Shown in pieces: positions 1-9,000 of a stretch of 64,000 nucleotides of DNA (its first letter is position 1; each line of letters opens with the position of its first letter). Below the pieces are notes generated by a model that saw only the letters and a program-made list of their open reading frames with translations, was not told the origin of the DNA and ran no database searches. The translations under genes were made by a program, and so were the position numbers. Source of the DNA: an uncultured Bacilli bacterium (lineage in GTDB: Bacteria; Bacillota_I; Bacilli_A; RF39; UBA660); contig CALVQK010000003.1 of assembly GCA_944358305.1 (NCBI GenBank), positions 19,620 through 83,619 on the forward strand. The letters run 5' to 3'.

Positions 1-391
1 CAACAACTTTTTGCAAAATTATTGAAATTATTTCTTCGATTGGCAATAGTTCGTTTTTAAAATTATTAGGATACAAAATATTTAAATCTATATCGCTATT
101 AATTCGATTTAAAGTTTTAGCAAAACTACCATGTATAAAAACAACATGAGGCACATTAGATAACTGTGGAAAGAAATTGATAACTTCTTTAATAAGTGAC
201 AATACAATATTTTTATGTTTCTTTATTAATTCAATATATTTATCTTTATCATATCTTAGTAAAATCTTACTATTTAACAATTCAATTTTTTTTAATTCAA
301 AAATATACTTATTAGTAAGTTGATTAATAAAAAGCTCTATATTCTCAATATTAGGAGTATCAAATAAATAATCAAAATTACATTTTTTCAA
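1..391 (-). CDS. Nucleotidyltransferase-domain protein (5' part only; continues past window start)
   Basis: Reverse-strand ORF absent from the ORF track because it has no stop inside the window. TTG start at 389-391 follows GGAGGTG (398-404). The translation ...VVFIHGSFAKTLNRINSDIDLNILY... carries the G-S-x(10)-D-x-D signature of Pol-beta-fold nucleotidyltransferases, about 80 aa from the N-terminus. Confidence 0.5.
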   Translation of the reverse strand, partial: MKKCNFDYLFDTPNIENIELFINQLTNKYIFELKKIELLNSKILLRYDKDKYIELIKKHKNIVLSLIKEVINFFPQLSNVPHVVFIHGSFAKTLNRINSDIDLNILYPNNFKNELLPIEEIISIILQKVV

Positions 392-906
392 ATTAATCAC
401 CTCCATTTATATATTCGTTAAGATGTATAACTCAGCCAACCATTAATGCAATTACCTAAATATCTCTTATTAAACAAAAACAGAAGCCATTATAAGCTTC
501 AACAGTAACATCATTTAAAAATAAAAAGCATGATTAAAGAAAATACTATAATAATTATAATAAATTTAATATTATATTTTTCTTTAAAAATCACAATCAT
601 AACTCCATCTCTTCAAATATTAGTAATTAATTTATCACTAATATTTAGGGTTGTCAACGTATTTTTACAAATAGTCCACCTAACTAAAAATGAGAAGGTA
701 CACCCCTCTCTGAAAACAATACCAAATATTTCTAATTTACTAGAATCTCTATTATAAATAAACCGCCATCATCAAAAATAGCATATACATTTTTATCACT
801 AGCAACTTCTTGTAATTTGGCTAAGTATCTATTATTATTTATTGAATAAATATATATAATAAATGATCTAAAAATAAAATACTTTTTAAAGATCACTATC
901 CAAACT

Positions 907-1563
907 TTATTTATGTGAACGTCTTTGTGGTTTTTCAGGCTCCTCTTCTTGATCAATTATAACCTCATGAACTCCCATTGGTAATCTAGATTTTAAAATT
1001 TCCAAATCAGATAATATATTATTAATTTCTTGAACTTTTCTTCTAGGAACTTTAATATTTTCTCTATATCTTTGAACTCTATCAGAATAAAGAATAGTAT
1101 CTGAAAGAGGAAGAATTGGATAATTATCTCTTTGAGACATAGGTGGAACAAGTTCTATATCAATATTATTAATTTTTTTAGTTAATTTATGATGCTTTTG
1201 TAATTCAATTAATTCTTCCTCAGTTAAAAAAGTAGGAGTTGTTTTGATAAAATATTTATCTAAATTACCCCAGTATATTTCTCCTGTCCTTGCCTTTTGA
1301 TGGGAATGTTTTAAAGCAGCATAAACTTTTTTCTTACAGCGTTCAGATACTATAAAATCCCCTTTAGGATTCCCATTTTGATCAAATAATATATTTAAAT
1401 AAAATGGAGCGTTTTTAACTTCAAAAGAAAGTTTAGGTGCTTCATCTATTATTTTTTCTTTTTTTACTTTTAATTCTTGTTGAATTACTTGAACATCTTG
1501 TTGAGTTTCCATTCTACGTTCACTCTGATTTTCAGGCTTTTGATTTGCTAATTCTTCATTCAT
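907..1563 (-). CDS. Hypothetical protein (about 218 aa, no recognisable domain)
   Basis: Long ORF. ATG at 1563 lies 5 nt after GGGAAGTGA; the track start (GTG at 1572) sits inside that RBS. Charged N-terminus, no family recognised by eye. Confidence 0.6.
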   Translation of the reverse strand: MNEELANQKPENQSERRMETQQDVQVIQQELKVKKEKIIDEAPKLSFEVKNAPFYLNILFDQNGNPKGDFIVSERCKKKVYAALKHSHQKARTGEIYWGNLDKYFIKTTPTFLTEEELIELQKHHKLTKKINNIDIELVPPMSQRDNYPILPLSDTILYSDRVQRYRENIKVPRRKVQEINNILSDLEILKSRLPMGVHEVIIDQEEEPEKPQRRSHK

Positions 1564-1664
1564 CACTATCACTTCCCATGTAATATGATTATATCATATA
1601 AACATTATAAAATTTTACACTTTTTATAACTTATTTTCAAAATTACCTTTATTCCTTTTATTAA

Positions 1665-2051
1665 CTAATCCTTTAATAATTCGCTATATTCTAAATCACA
1701 ATTAACATCATCATCAAGAACAGTACACGTACCATTCAAATAGCCACTATAACTATCACCATAATTATCTGTAGCCCTTGTTTTACCATAAACATTATAT
1801 TCTTCATCACTTACTTTTTCTAAAGATGTTACTCTACCACTACCAACAACTCCATATTCAACATATATATAAGTAACTGCTTTCGCTTCTACCTTATTAC
1901 GTATTCTATCCTCAACCGTTTCTACAGTATTTTCTGTACTATCACTTGTAACTATAAAATATATCAATAATACCAAAACAATACATAATATAACTGTCAA
2001 AATTATCGAAAGTTTTTTATTTTTATTAAATAAATCTTTTACCTTTTTCAT
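1665..2051 (-). CDS. Small membrane-anchored hypothetical protein
   Basis: 128-aa ORF with an RBS. N-terminal basic stretch plus one hydrophobic helix (LSIILTVILCIVLVLLIYFIV), then a small soluble domain. Confidence 0.6.
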   Translation of the reverse strand: MKKVKDLFNKNKKLSIILTVILCIVLVLLIYFIVTSDSTENTVETVEDRIRNKVEAKAVTYIYVEYGVVGSGRVTSLEKVSDEEYNVYGKTRATDNYGDSYSGYLNGTCTVLDDDVNCDLEYSELLKD

Positions 2052-2068
2052 TTCATTACCTCATTACC

Positions 2069-2659
2069 TTACTTTAATAATTCCTTTTTCTTTTTATCAT
2101 ACTCTTCTTGCGTAATAGCTTTACTATCAAGCAATTTCTTATACTTTGCAATCTCATCTGCTTCACTAATAGATGAATCAGCAATAGAAATATTATTTTT
2201 TAAATTATTATCTTGCCTTTTAACCAACAACTCACTTATAACTTTATGAATTTCATCTCTATTTTTTATCATTATAAATTTAATTAAACCTGATGGTGTA
2301 GAAATAGCAATTCCTTTAAATATACTAGTACTAACAGCAGAAATCATATCCAAAGGCAAATCAACTCGCCTATCAAAAATTGCCACACCATATACTCTTT
2401 TGTCAGTAACAATCAATTCTATTTTAGAAGCTCCCAAATAGAAAACTAAACCAACAACAAAAAAAGGTAAAAATGGAACACACAAATGAAAACCAACAAA
2501 ACTTCCAACACTATACCCATAAGAAGTTAAACTCTGTATTCCTGGAATTACATAAATAAAAAACCACAAAAATGTAATAATCCCACCAATTATCCAAATA
2601 ATATTACGAATCTTTTTAATATCATACTCTTCAGCTCTTATAATTTCTTTTTCCTTCAT
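2069..2659 (-). CDS. Membrane protein with a bacterial PH-like domain and a C-terminal SHOCT domain
   Basis: Two N-terminal hydrophobic helices. C-terminal ADEIAKYKKLLDSKAITQEEYDKKKKELL matches the SHOCT short C-terminal oligomerisation motif. RBS AGAGAGGTG lies upstream. Confidence 0.7.
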   Translation of the reverse strand: MKEKEIIRAEEYDIKKIRNIIWIIGGIITFLWFFIYVIPGIQSLTSYGYSVGSFVGFHLCVPFLPFFVVGLVFYLGASKIELIVTDKRVYGVAIFDRRVDLPLDMISAVSTSIFKGIAISTPSGLIKFIMIKNRDEIHKVISELLVKRQDNNLKNNISIADSSISEADEIAKYKKLLDSKAITQEEYDKKKKELLK

Positions 2660-2836
2660 TTTTACACCTCTCTTTAATAAAAATTATTTAATAATCTTTT
2701 TACCAATAAATCTGCTCCTTTCCATAAATAACATATAACAAATAATTATATGATATTTTTCTAATTTAATTGTAACATAAAAATACTGATTAATAAATTG
2801 TAAATTAAAATATATAACCTGGAGGTGGTGTTATAA

Positions 2837-3766
2837 ATGATAGAAAAAACGTATACATTTAATACTATTTTAAAGTTATGGTTAATTTCTAAAGATGAGC
2901 TTAAAATGCAATCAAGATTAAATTATGAAGATTTGATTAATAGATATATTACTTTAGATTTAGGAGTTAATTTAGTAGATAAAATAACTAAACAAGAAAT
3001 CGATGATTTTTTTCTTAAAGTAGCGAATATTTCTATTTCAACTCAAAGAAAATTATTTTATATTATAAAAACAAGTTTGATTTATGCTTATGATAATGGT
3101 TATTGTACTAATTATCTAAATTTAAAAAATATTAGATTTAGATCTTTTCCACAGACAATTTATATTCTTACTAAAGAAGAACAAGTATCTTTAGAAGAAT
3201 GGTTGAAAAATAAAGTAAATATAAGAAAAGTTTGTCTTCTATTATGTTTGTATACTGGTTTAAGAGTAGGAGAAGTTTGTGGTCAAAAGTGGGATGATAT
3301 TGACTTTAAAAACCATTCTTTAATTGTGAAAAGGACAATTGAAAGAATAAGAAATAAAGATAAAAATATTAGCTCAAAAACTATTCTTATTGAAAGTACA
3401 CCTAAAAGTAGTACTTCTAATAGGATTATACCTATACCAGATTTTTTAATAAGGATGTTAAAGCAGTTTGAAGGAGAGAAGAAATACTTTTTATTATCAA
3501 AAAGTGAAAAATTTTATGATCCAAGATTGTTTGAGAGTTTCTATGATCGAACTTTAAAGTCATGTAATATTTCACATAATAAATTTCATACATTAAGACA
3601 TACTTTTGCAACTAGATGTATTGAATCAAAGATGGATATTAAAACTTTAAGTGAGATTTTGGGACATTCTTCAATAGAAATAACTTTAAAATTATATGTT
3701 CACCCTTCTTATGAAATGAAAAAATCATCAATTGAAAATTTAGTAAGATTTATGGCAAATTCTTGA
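2837..3766 (+). CDS. Tyrosine-type site-specific recombinase/integrase
   Basis: C-terminal catalytic motifs are present: LYTGLRVGEV (Arg I), HTLRHTFATRCI (H-x-x-R) and LGHSSIEITLKLYVH (His/Tyr). RBS GGAGGTGG at 2821-2828. TGA stop. Confidence 0.9.
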   Translation: MIEKTYTFNTILKLWLISKDELKMQSRLNYEDLINRYITLDLGVNLVDKITKQEIDDFFLKVANISISTQRKLFYIIKTSLIYAYDNGYCTNYLNLKNIRFRSFPQTIYILTKEEQVSLEEWLKNKVNIRKVCLLLCLYTGLRVGEVCGQKWDDIDFKNHSLIVKRTIERIRNKDKNISSKTILIESTPKSSTSNRIIPIPDFLIRMLKQFEGEKKYFLLSKSEKFYDPRLFESFYDRTLKSCNISHNKFHTLRHTFATRCIESKMDIKTLSEILGHSSIEITLKLYVHPSYEMKKSSIENLVRFMANS

Positions 3767-3795
3767 CGAGTAATTATTTGTTATACGTTAATTTT

Positions 3796-3835
3796 AAAAG
3801 GAATAGATAAAATTTTGTCTATTCCCTTTTTTATT
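3796..3835 (+). terminator. Rho-independent terminator after the integrase
   Basis: GGAATAGA / TCTATTCC stem (3800-3807 / 3818-3825) followed by CTTTTTTATT. Confidence 0.6.
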
Positions 3836-3985
3836 AAATTAATATAACTCTATAGTTCTCTACTTTTAGTTCTATCTTCCCCTTAACTCAAAATAAAGAC
3901 TTCTGGTTCTTCATATTTAACTTTAAATACCCTATATTATTTAAAGTACTCTAGTTCTTTAAAACTAATCAAAAAAATCATCAAT

Positions 3986-4852
3986 TTAATCATCAAGATT
4001 AGATGTAACATATATAGTAGGATACTTAACTCCAAAACTTCTATGAGAAACTAGTTCTTTTTTCATTTTTTCTTCTAATCTTGTAACTTGTCTAAGTGTA
4101 AGATTAGCATCCATCTCTACCATTAATTGAATCTTGTAATATTTGCCATAGCGAATTAAATAAAATTTTACTTTCTCTACTCCTTTTATATCTAACAAAA
4201 ACTTTTCAATTTTCTGATAAAGTTCTAAATTATCTTCAACTTTACCTATTAAATTCATAGAATTATCTTTTAAAATATTAAAAGCTGTTCTAAATACAAC
4301 AAATCCCATTACAAGTGCAACTACTATATCAACATATCTAAATATAACAATATCATCTGAAAACTGTAATAAAATAGTCGCCACAATAACGCCTATAGAA
4401 GAATATAAATCCATCTTTGATTCTTGATAAGATGTAATCAACAACTGGCTATTTATCTTTTTACCAACTGAATAAAGAAAAAACAAAGATATTACCTTAA
4501 GCATTAAAGCTACAAATAAAATAAATAGTACTAAAAGTGATGGAATATGCCATTTACTAATAAAACCATTAACTACTATAAAAATAGATAATAGTAATAA
4601 TATAACTCCTATTACTAAATTTATAATATACTCCATCTTACCAAAACCAAAAGGATGACTTTTAGTAGGACGTTTTTTAGATACTTTTATTCCAATAAAA
4701 GAAACAATATCAGTAATAAAATCACTTAATGTTTGCATTCCATCTGAAATTAAAGATGCAAAATTAAAATAAAGTCCCCCACCTATTTTTAAAATAGATA
4801 TAAAAAAATTTATAATCATACTAAATACAAATACCTTAACTTCTCTTTTCAT
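3986..4852 (-). CDS. Cation diffusion facilitator (CDF) family metal efflux transporter
   Basis: Six hydrophobic segments. Typical CDF motifs SDGMQTLSDFITD and HPFGFGKMEY, plus a C-terminal cytoplasmic alpha/beta domain. Confidence 0.85.
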   Translation of the reverse strand: MKREVKVFVFSMIINFFISILKIGGGLYFNFASLISDGMQTLSDFITDIVSFIGIKVSKKRPTKSHPFGFGKMEYIINLVIGVILLLLSIFIVVNGFISKWHIPSLLVLFILFVALMLKVISLFFLYSVGKKINSQLLITSYQESKMDLYSSIGVIVATILLQFSDDIVIFRYVDIVVALVMGFVVFRTAFNILKDNSMNLIGKVEDNLELYQKIEKFLLDIKGVEKVKFYLIRYGKYYKIQLMVEMDANLTLRQVTRLEEKMKKELVSHRSFGVKYPTIYVTSNLDD

Positions 4853-5046
4853 ATACTTTCCTCTATACTTTCATATAAAATCAAAACTAAGTATTATAAC
4901 AAACTATTTTTTCCTTTTTAGATATTCCATATACTATAATAACTCTATTATACATGACTAACTATAAGAGGTCACTCTCTTTATTTCGTAATAATATCTA
5001 AAATTACCCCTCTAATAATAGAATAAAAAAGCATAAGTTTATTTAA

Positions 5047-6432
5047 CTATGCTTTCATTAAAAAGGCTAAATAACCTCGATATGCTTCATATATATCTAC
5101 TTTACTAGTAACTTCATATGGAGCATGCATATTTAAAACAGCCACACCACCATCAATTACTTTTACATCATAATTAGCAAGAATATAAGCAATAGTACCA
5201 CCGCCACCAGCATCTACTTTACCAAGTTCAGATAATTGATAAGAAACATTTTCACTATCTAATACATTTCTTAACTCAGCAATAAACTCAGCATCTGCAT
5301 CATTACTACTACTCTTACCACGAGCTCCTGTATATTTACAGAATACTAAACCACGAGCTAAATATGAAGAATTACGTTTATCCATAACTGAAGCATATAA
5401 AGGATCATAAGCAGCATTAACATCACTTGATAACATTTTAGAATTTGAAAATGCACGTCTTAAAGCAACTAAACTGTCTTCACCTTCTAAACGGCAAATC
5501 TCTGCTACAGTATTTTCATAAAACATTGATCTCATTCCTGTAGCACCTACACTACCAATCTCTTCTTTATCTACTAAAATACAACTTAAAGTCTTATCAG
5601 TCGCTTCAGCATCTAAAAATGCTATAAGTGAAGAATAAGCACAACTTCTATCATCTTGACCATATGCTAACACCATACTTTTATCTAGACCCATATCACG
5701 AGCACATCCTGCAGGTACTACTTCTATTTCACTAGATAAAAAGTCATCTTCTCCTATATCATATTTCTCTTTTAAGATAGAAAGCACATTAGATTTTACA
5801 GTCTCTTTATCCTCTCCTTTTAGAGGCATATTTCCAACTAAAACATCTAAAGCTTCCCCTTCTATTAAATTACTAGCATTCTTCTTCATCTGCTCTCCTG
5901 CTAAATGAGGAAGTAAATCCGTTATACAAAATACAGGATCATCATCACTCTCACCTATATTAACATCAATCTTAGTACCATCTTTTTTAACAATAACCCC
6001 GTGTAAAGCTAACGGAATAGTAGTCCATTGATATTTCTTAATACCGCCATAATAATGTGTATCTAAATAAGCAAAATCAGTATCTTCATATAAAGGATTA
6101 GCTTTTAAATCAAGTCTAGGAGAATCGATATGAGCCCCTAATATATTCATACCTTTAGTAATAGAATCTTTACCAATTATAAATAATGCTACTGCTTTAC
6201 CTCTATTATCAGCATAAATCTTATCCCCTGGTTTTAGAGCTTTTCCATTTTCAATATAATCCACAATATTGTGGAAACCTTTCTCCTCTGCACGTCTAAT
6301 AATCTCTTTATTACATTCTCTTTCTGTCTTTGAAACAGATAAAAACTTTTTATAATCTTCACCCATTTCAAATACTTTAGAAACCTCTACTGCATCATAC
6401 TTCTTCCAAATATTATCTTTCAACATAATCAT
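5047..6432 (-). CDS. M18-family aminopeptidase (aspartyl aminopeptidase-like)
   Basis: Motifs ILGAHIDSPRLDLK, DKEEIGS and NMHAPYE are typical of peptidase M18. The start is ambiguous between ATG 6432 and ATG 6426, both after AGAGGAAAGG. The track start at 6471 has no RBS. Confidence 0.85.
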   Translation of the reverse strand: MIMLKDNIWKKYDAVEVSKVFEMGEDYKKFLSVSKTERECNKEIIRRAEEKGFHNIVDYIENGKALKPGDKIYADNRGKAVALFIIGKDSITKGMNILGAHIDSPRLDLKANPLYEDTDFAYLDTHYYGGIKKYQWTTIPLALHGVIVKKDGTKIDVNIGESDDDPVFCITDLLPHLAGEQMKKNASNLIEGEALDVLVGNMPLKGEDKETVKSNVLSILKEKYDIGEDDFLSSEIEVVPAGCARDMGLDKSMVLAYGQDDRSCAYSSLIAFLDAEATDKTLSCILVDKEEIGSVGATGMRSMFYENTVAEICRLEGEDSLVALRRAFSNSKMLSSDVNAAYDPLYASVMDKRNSSYLARGLVFCKYTGARGKSSSNDADAEFIAELRNVLDSENVSYQLSELGKVDAGGGGTIAYILANYDVKVIDGGVAVLNMHAPYEVTSKVDIYEAYRGYLAFLMKA

Positions 6433-6467
6433 CCTTTCCTCTTTTAGTATAACACAAATTAATAAAA

Positions 6468-7670
6468 TCATTTATATAAAATATCTATATCAACATAACC
6501 ATTAATACCATCAATAACACCATCTTGACATAACTGCCACATCATATAATCTTTATCATAATCAGTCTCATCTGTATAATGAGCAAGCCATACTTTATTA
6601 GTATTATATTTCCAAATAGCATTTAAATAATTCTTACTACCATAAAGCATCGTATCATACCCTGCATCTTCTAAGACAGAAAAATAAGATTCAGCCACTT
6701 CATTTAACTGATATAAACTAAGATTCATACTATTAAATGATGTAAACGACTCAAAATCAAAAGCCACAGGTAAAGTAATATCATAGTCTTTTATTTGCTT
6801 AATTACCCACTCTGCTTGCTCCTTCGCTTCTTTTTTACTATCTGCATAAGAATAAAAATATATTCCCACTTCTAAGTCATTATCTATTGCTGCTTTGATA
6901 TTTCGTTTAAAGTAAGGATCAAGAATATAATCTCCACCTACACCATTTTGATGTCCCACTCTAATCATAACAAATTCAGCCCCTGCTTCTTTTACTTTAG
7001 CAAAATCTATCGCTCCTTGCCATTTAGAAACATCAATACCAACTAAGGTATCATCACTTTTATGTTCAGTTAAAATAGTATTAAAATCAGTACTAGTAAC
7101 ATCACTACTACTTCCTCCACCAGTAACTTCACGAGGCTCATAAACATATAAAGTAAAGTCTACACTCTCGGTATTTCCACTACTATCTTCTGCCTCATAA
7201 ACTAAAGAATAATTCCCTGCTGTATTTAAATCATAATCACCTGTAATTTTACAACTAGGATTGTTATCATAATTATCAACACATAGTATTTCTTCCTCTA
7301 AATTAACATCTTCTCCTACTCTAACACTATAACTATTAGATAACCATATTAAAGGTTCTTCTAAATCTTTAACTTCAACTTCAAAAGTACCTTTTCTCTT
7401 TTTATTATCCTTATTTAAATAGATAAATTCTACATCAACTGTACCTAAAAAAGTAGTATCGACTTTTTTATTATCTACAACTTTACCATCTATATCTTTA
7501 ATAAAATCTTTAACTTTAACATCACTATAAACATTAATAGTCAAATCATCTTTTAAAGTAAAACCACTATTATCCTCAACTATTCTTGTATTAAAATAAA
7601 TTATTAATGACACAACAAGAATAACAACTAAAACTATAGCAGATATTATAATAATTTTCTTTTTATTCAA
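6468..7670 (-). CDS. Membrane-anchored GH25 muramidase (lysozyme) with an Ig-like domain
   Basis: C-terminal GIDVSKWQGAIDFAKVKEAGAEFVMIRVG... is the GH25 signature. The middle region (CVDNYDN..ITGDYDLNTAGNYSLVYEAEDSSGN) is a DUF5011-type Ig-like fold. N-terminal TM helix. Probable TTG start at 7670 after GAGGTG. Confidence 0.85.
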   Translation of the reverse strand: MNKKKIIIISAIVLVVILVVSLIIYFNTRIVEDNSGFTLKDDLTINVYSDVKVKDFIKDIDGKVVDNKKVDTTFLGTVDVEFIYLNKDNKKRKGTFEVEVKDLEEPLIWLSNSYSVRVGEDVNLEEEILCVDNYDNNPSCKITGDYDLNTAGNYSLVYEAEDSSGNTESVDFTLYVYEPREVTGGGSSSDVTSTDFNTILTEHKSDDTLVGIDVSKWQGAIDFAKVKEAGAEFVMIRVGHQNGVGGDYILDPYFKRNIKAAIDNDLEVGIYFYSYADSKKEAKEQAEWVIKQIKDYDITLPVAFDFESFTSFNSMNLSLYQLNEVAESYFSVLEDAGYDTMLYGSKNYLNAIWKYNTNKVWLAHYTDETDYDKDYMMWQLCQDGVIDGINGYVDIDILYK

Positions 7671-7708
7671 AAACATCACCTCTGATCATACTCATTATTA
7701 CACTAATT

Positions 7709-8599
7709 TTAACTTTTTCTCACCTTAATTATATCATCTTTTTCTAACTCACCAATAAGTAAAGAAGAATTTACATTATGTTTCATAAAATTACTAACAA
7801 CTTCACTCTCACTATAATTAGCATAACAATACTTACAAAAATGTTTACAAGAATTATAATAACCAATATCAACCATTTCTACACAATTACAAAGGCCTCC
7901 CTTTCTAACCTTACTCTTTTTAAATTTATCTTTACCAGTCAATCTTTTAGCAAGCTCTACTCCTAAACAATCTCCTATAATAAAACCGTACTCTACAAGA
8001 TTTTCTTTTTCAAAACAAGTTTGTACTGTCATATTATAAGCACTTGCAATAAAACTAAAAGATGTTCCTATTTGTTTCAAGTCATCACTAGTAAAAGGTT
8101 TAACTCTAAGTACTCCCATATTCTTCCTTACATTTTTATAATCATCTATAAAAGAAACAATAATATGTTTAACATAACCATTAAGTAAACTACAAAGTCT
8201 GCGAAATGCTTTAATATGATAATCTAAATTATATTTATCACTTAAAAATATAGGATCATATCTAACATATATATTGTCACTACCAATTATTTTAGAAATT
8301 TCAATAACACTATCTATTATTTTATCTTTATCTAATACATTAGGTTCAATATCTCTTTTATAAGGAGTAATAGTAACATTAAATAATATAGGTTTATTTA
8401 TCTCTTTTAAGTAAGGAACAATAGGTCTAGGATTCTTAGTACAAAAATAAATTAAATCTACATCATTAAAATATATTCTACTCACTTGCTTATTATAAAA
8501 AGGATTTCTAACATCTACAAACCCTTCTTTTAATCTATTCATAAACCAAGGAGTATAGAAAGCTACTATATCACATCTACCACTTACAAAAAGAATCAT
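7709..8599 (-). CDS. DUF1848 family protein
   Basis: N-terminus ILFVSGRCDIVAFYTPWFMNRLKEGFV and C-terminal cysteine cluster CNCVEMVDIGYYNSCKHFCKYCYA are typical of DUF1848. ATG at 8599 follows AAGGTAGTGG. Confidence 0.7.
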   Translation of the reverse strand: MILFVSGRCDIVAFYTPWFMNRLKEGFVDVRNPFYNKQVSRIYFNDVDLIYFCTKNPRPIVPYLKEINKPILFNVTITPYKRDIEPNVLDKDKIIDSVIEISKIIGSDNIYVRYDPIFLSDKYNLDYHIKAFRRLCSLLNGYVKHIIVSFIDDYKNVRKNMGVLRVKPFTSDDLKQIGTSFSFIASAYNMTVQTCFEKENLVEYGFIIGDCLGVELAKRLTGKDKFKKSKVRKGGLCNCVEMVDIGYYNSCKHFCKYCYANYSESEVVSNFMKHNVNSSLLIGELEKDDIIKVRKS

Positions 8600-8756
8600 A
8601 AATACCACTACCTTAACACATTTAATATTTACAAAAACTTGTAACTAATTTGCAACATCAATTCTTACTATACAGATACTAATTTGATACTATATTTATA
8701 AGGAACATTTAATAGTTGGGTGGAGCCGAATTCTTTATGGGAGAAGGCTTGATATA

Positions 8757-8840
8757 ATGAACAAGAAAGATTCATTAATCGTTGCTTTAGTAATTATAAT
8801 CCTTTTTCAAAATCTATTATTGCTTCTAGCTTTAATATAG
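8757..8840 (+). CDS. Candidate 27-aa hydrophobic mini-protein (MNKKDSLIVALVIIILFQNLLLLLALI)
   Basis: ATG lies 9 nt after GGGAGAAGG and sits alone in a 390-nt gap between genes. The peptide has a charged N-terminus and then one uninterrupted hydrophobic helix. Hairpins lie downstream. A chance ORF in AT-rich DNA cannot be excluded. Confidence 0.3.
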   Translation: MNKKDSLIVALVIIILFQNLLLLLALI

Positions 8841-8845
8841 AAAAA

Positions 8846-8878
8846 GCCACCTAACTCACAACTGTTGAATTAGGTGGT
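8846..8878 (-). terminator. Rho-independent terminator of the arylsulfotransferase gene
   Basis: CCACCTAA / TTAGGTGG stem (8847-8854 / 8870-8877). On the minus strand it is followed by CTTTTTCT. Confidence 0.6.
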
Positions 8879-9000
8879 ACCAACAATTTTGTAGGGTTCA
8901 CTCAACACGCGAATATTAAGTGTTCCTTTTAATATTGTATGAATTTTTTCTTACATATACATCATATCATAATTATTACATTTATGCAAACACTAACTTT

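Noticed and set aside
530-757. 75-aa plus-strand ORF in the gap upstream of the NTase gene
   Set aside because: It has an I/L/N/K-rich composition typical of random AT-rich ORFs and no RBS. It lies antisense to better-supported minus-strand signals. The partly overlapping ORF 732-956 contains one protein-like fragment but has no RBS or intact start, so it is treated as a possible remnant only.
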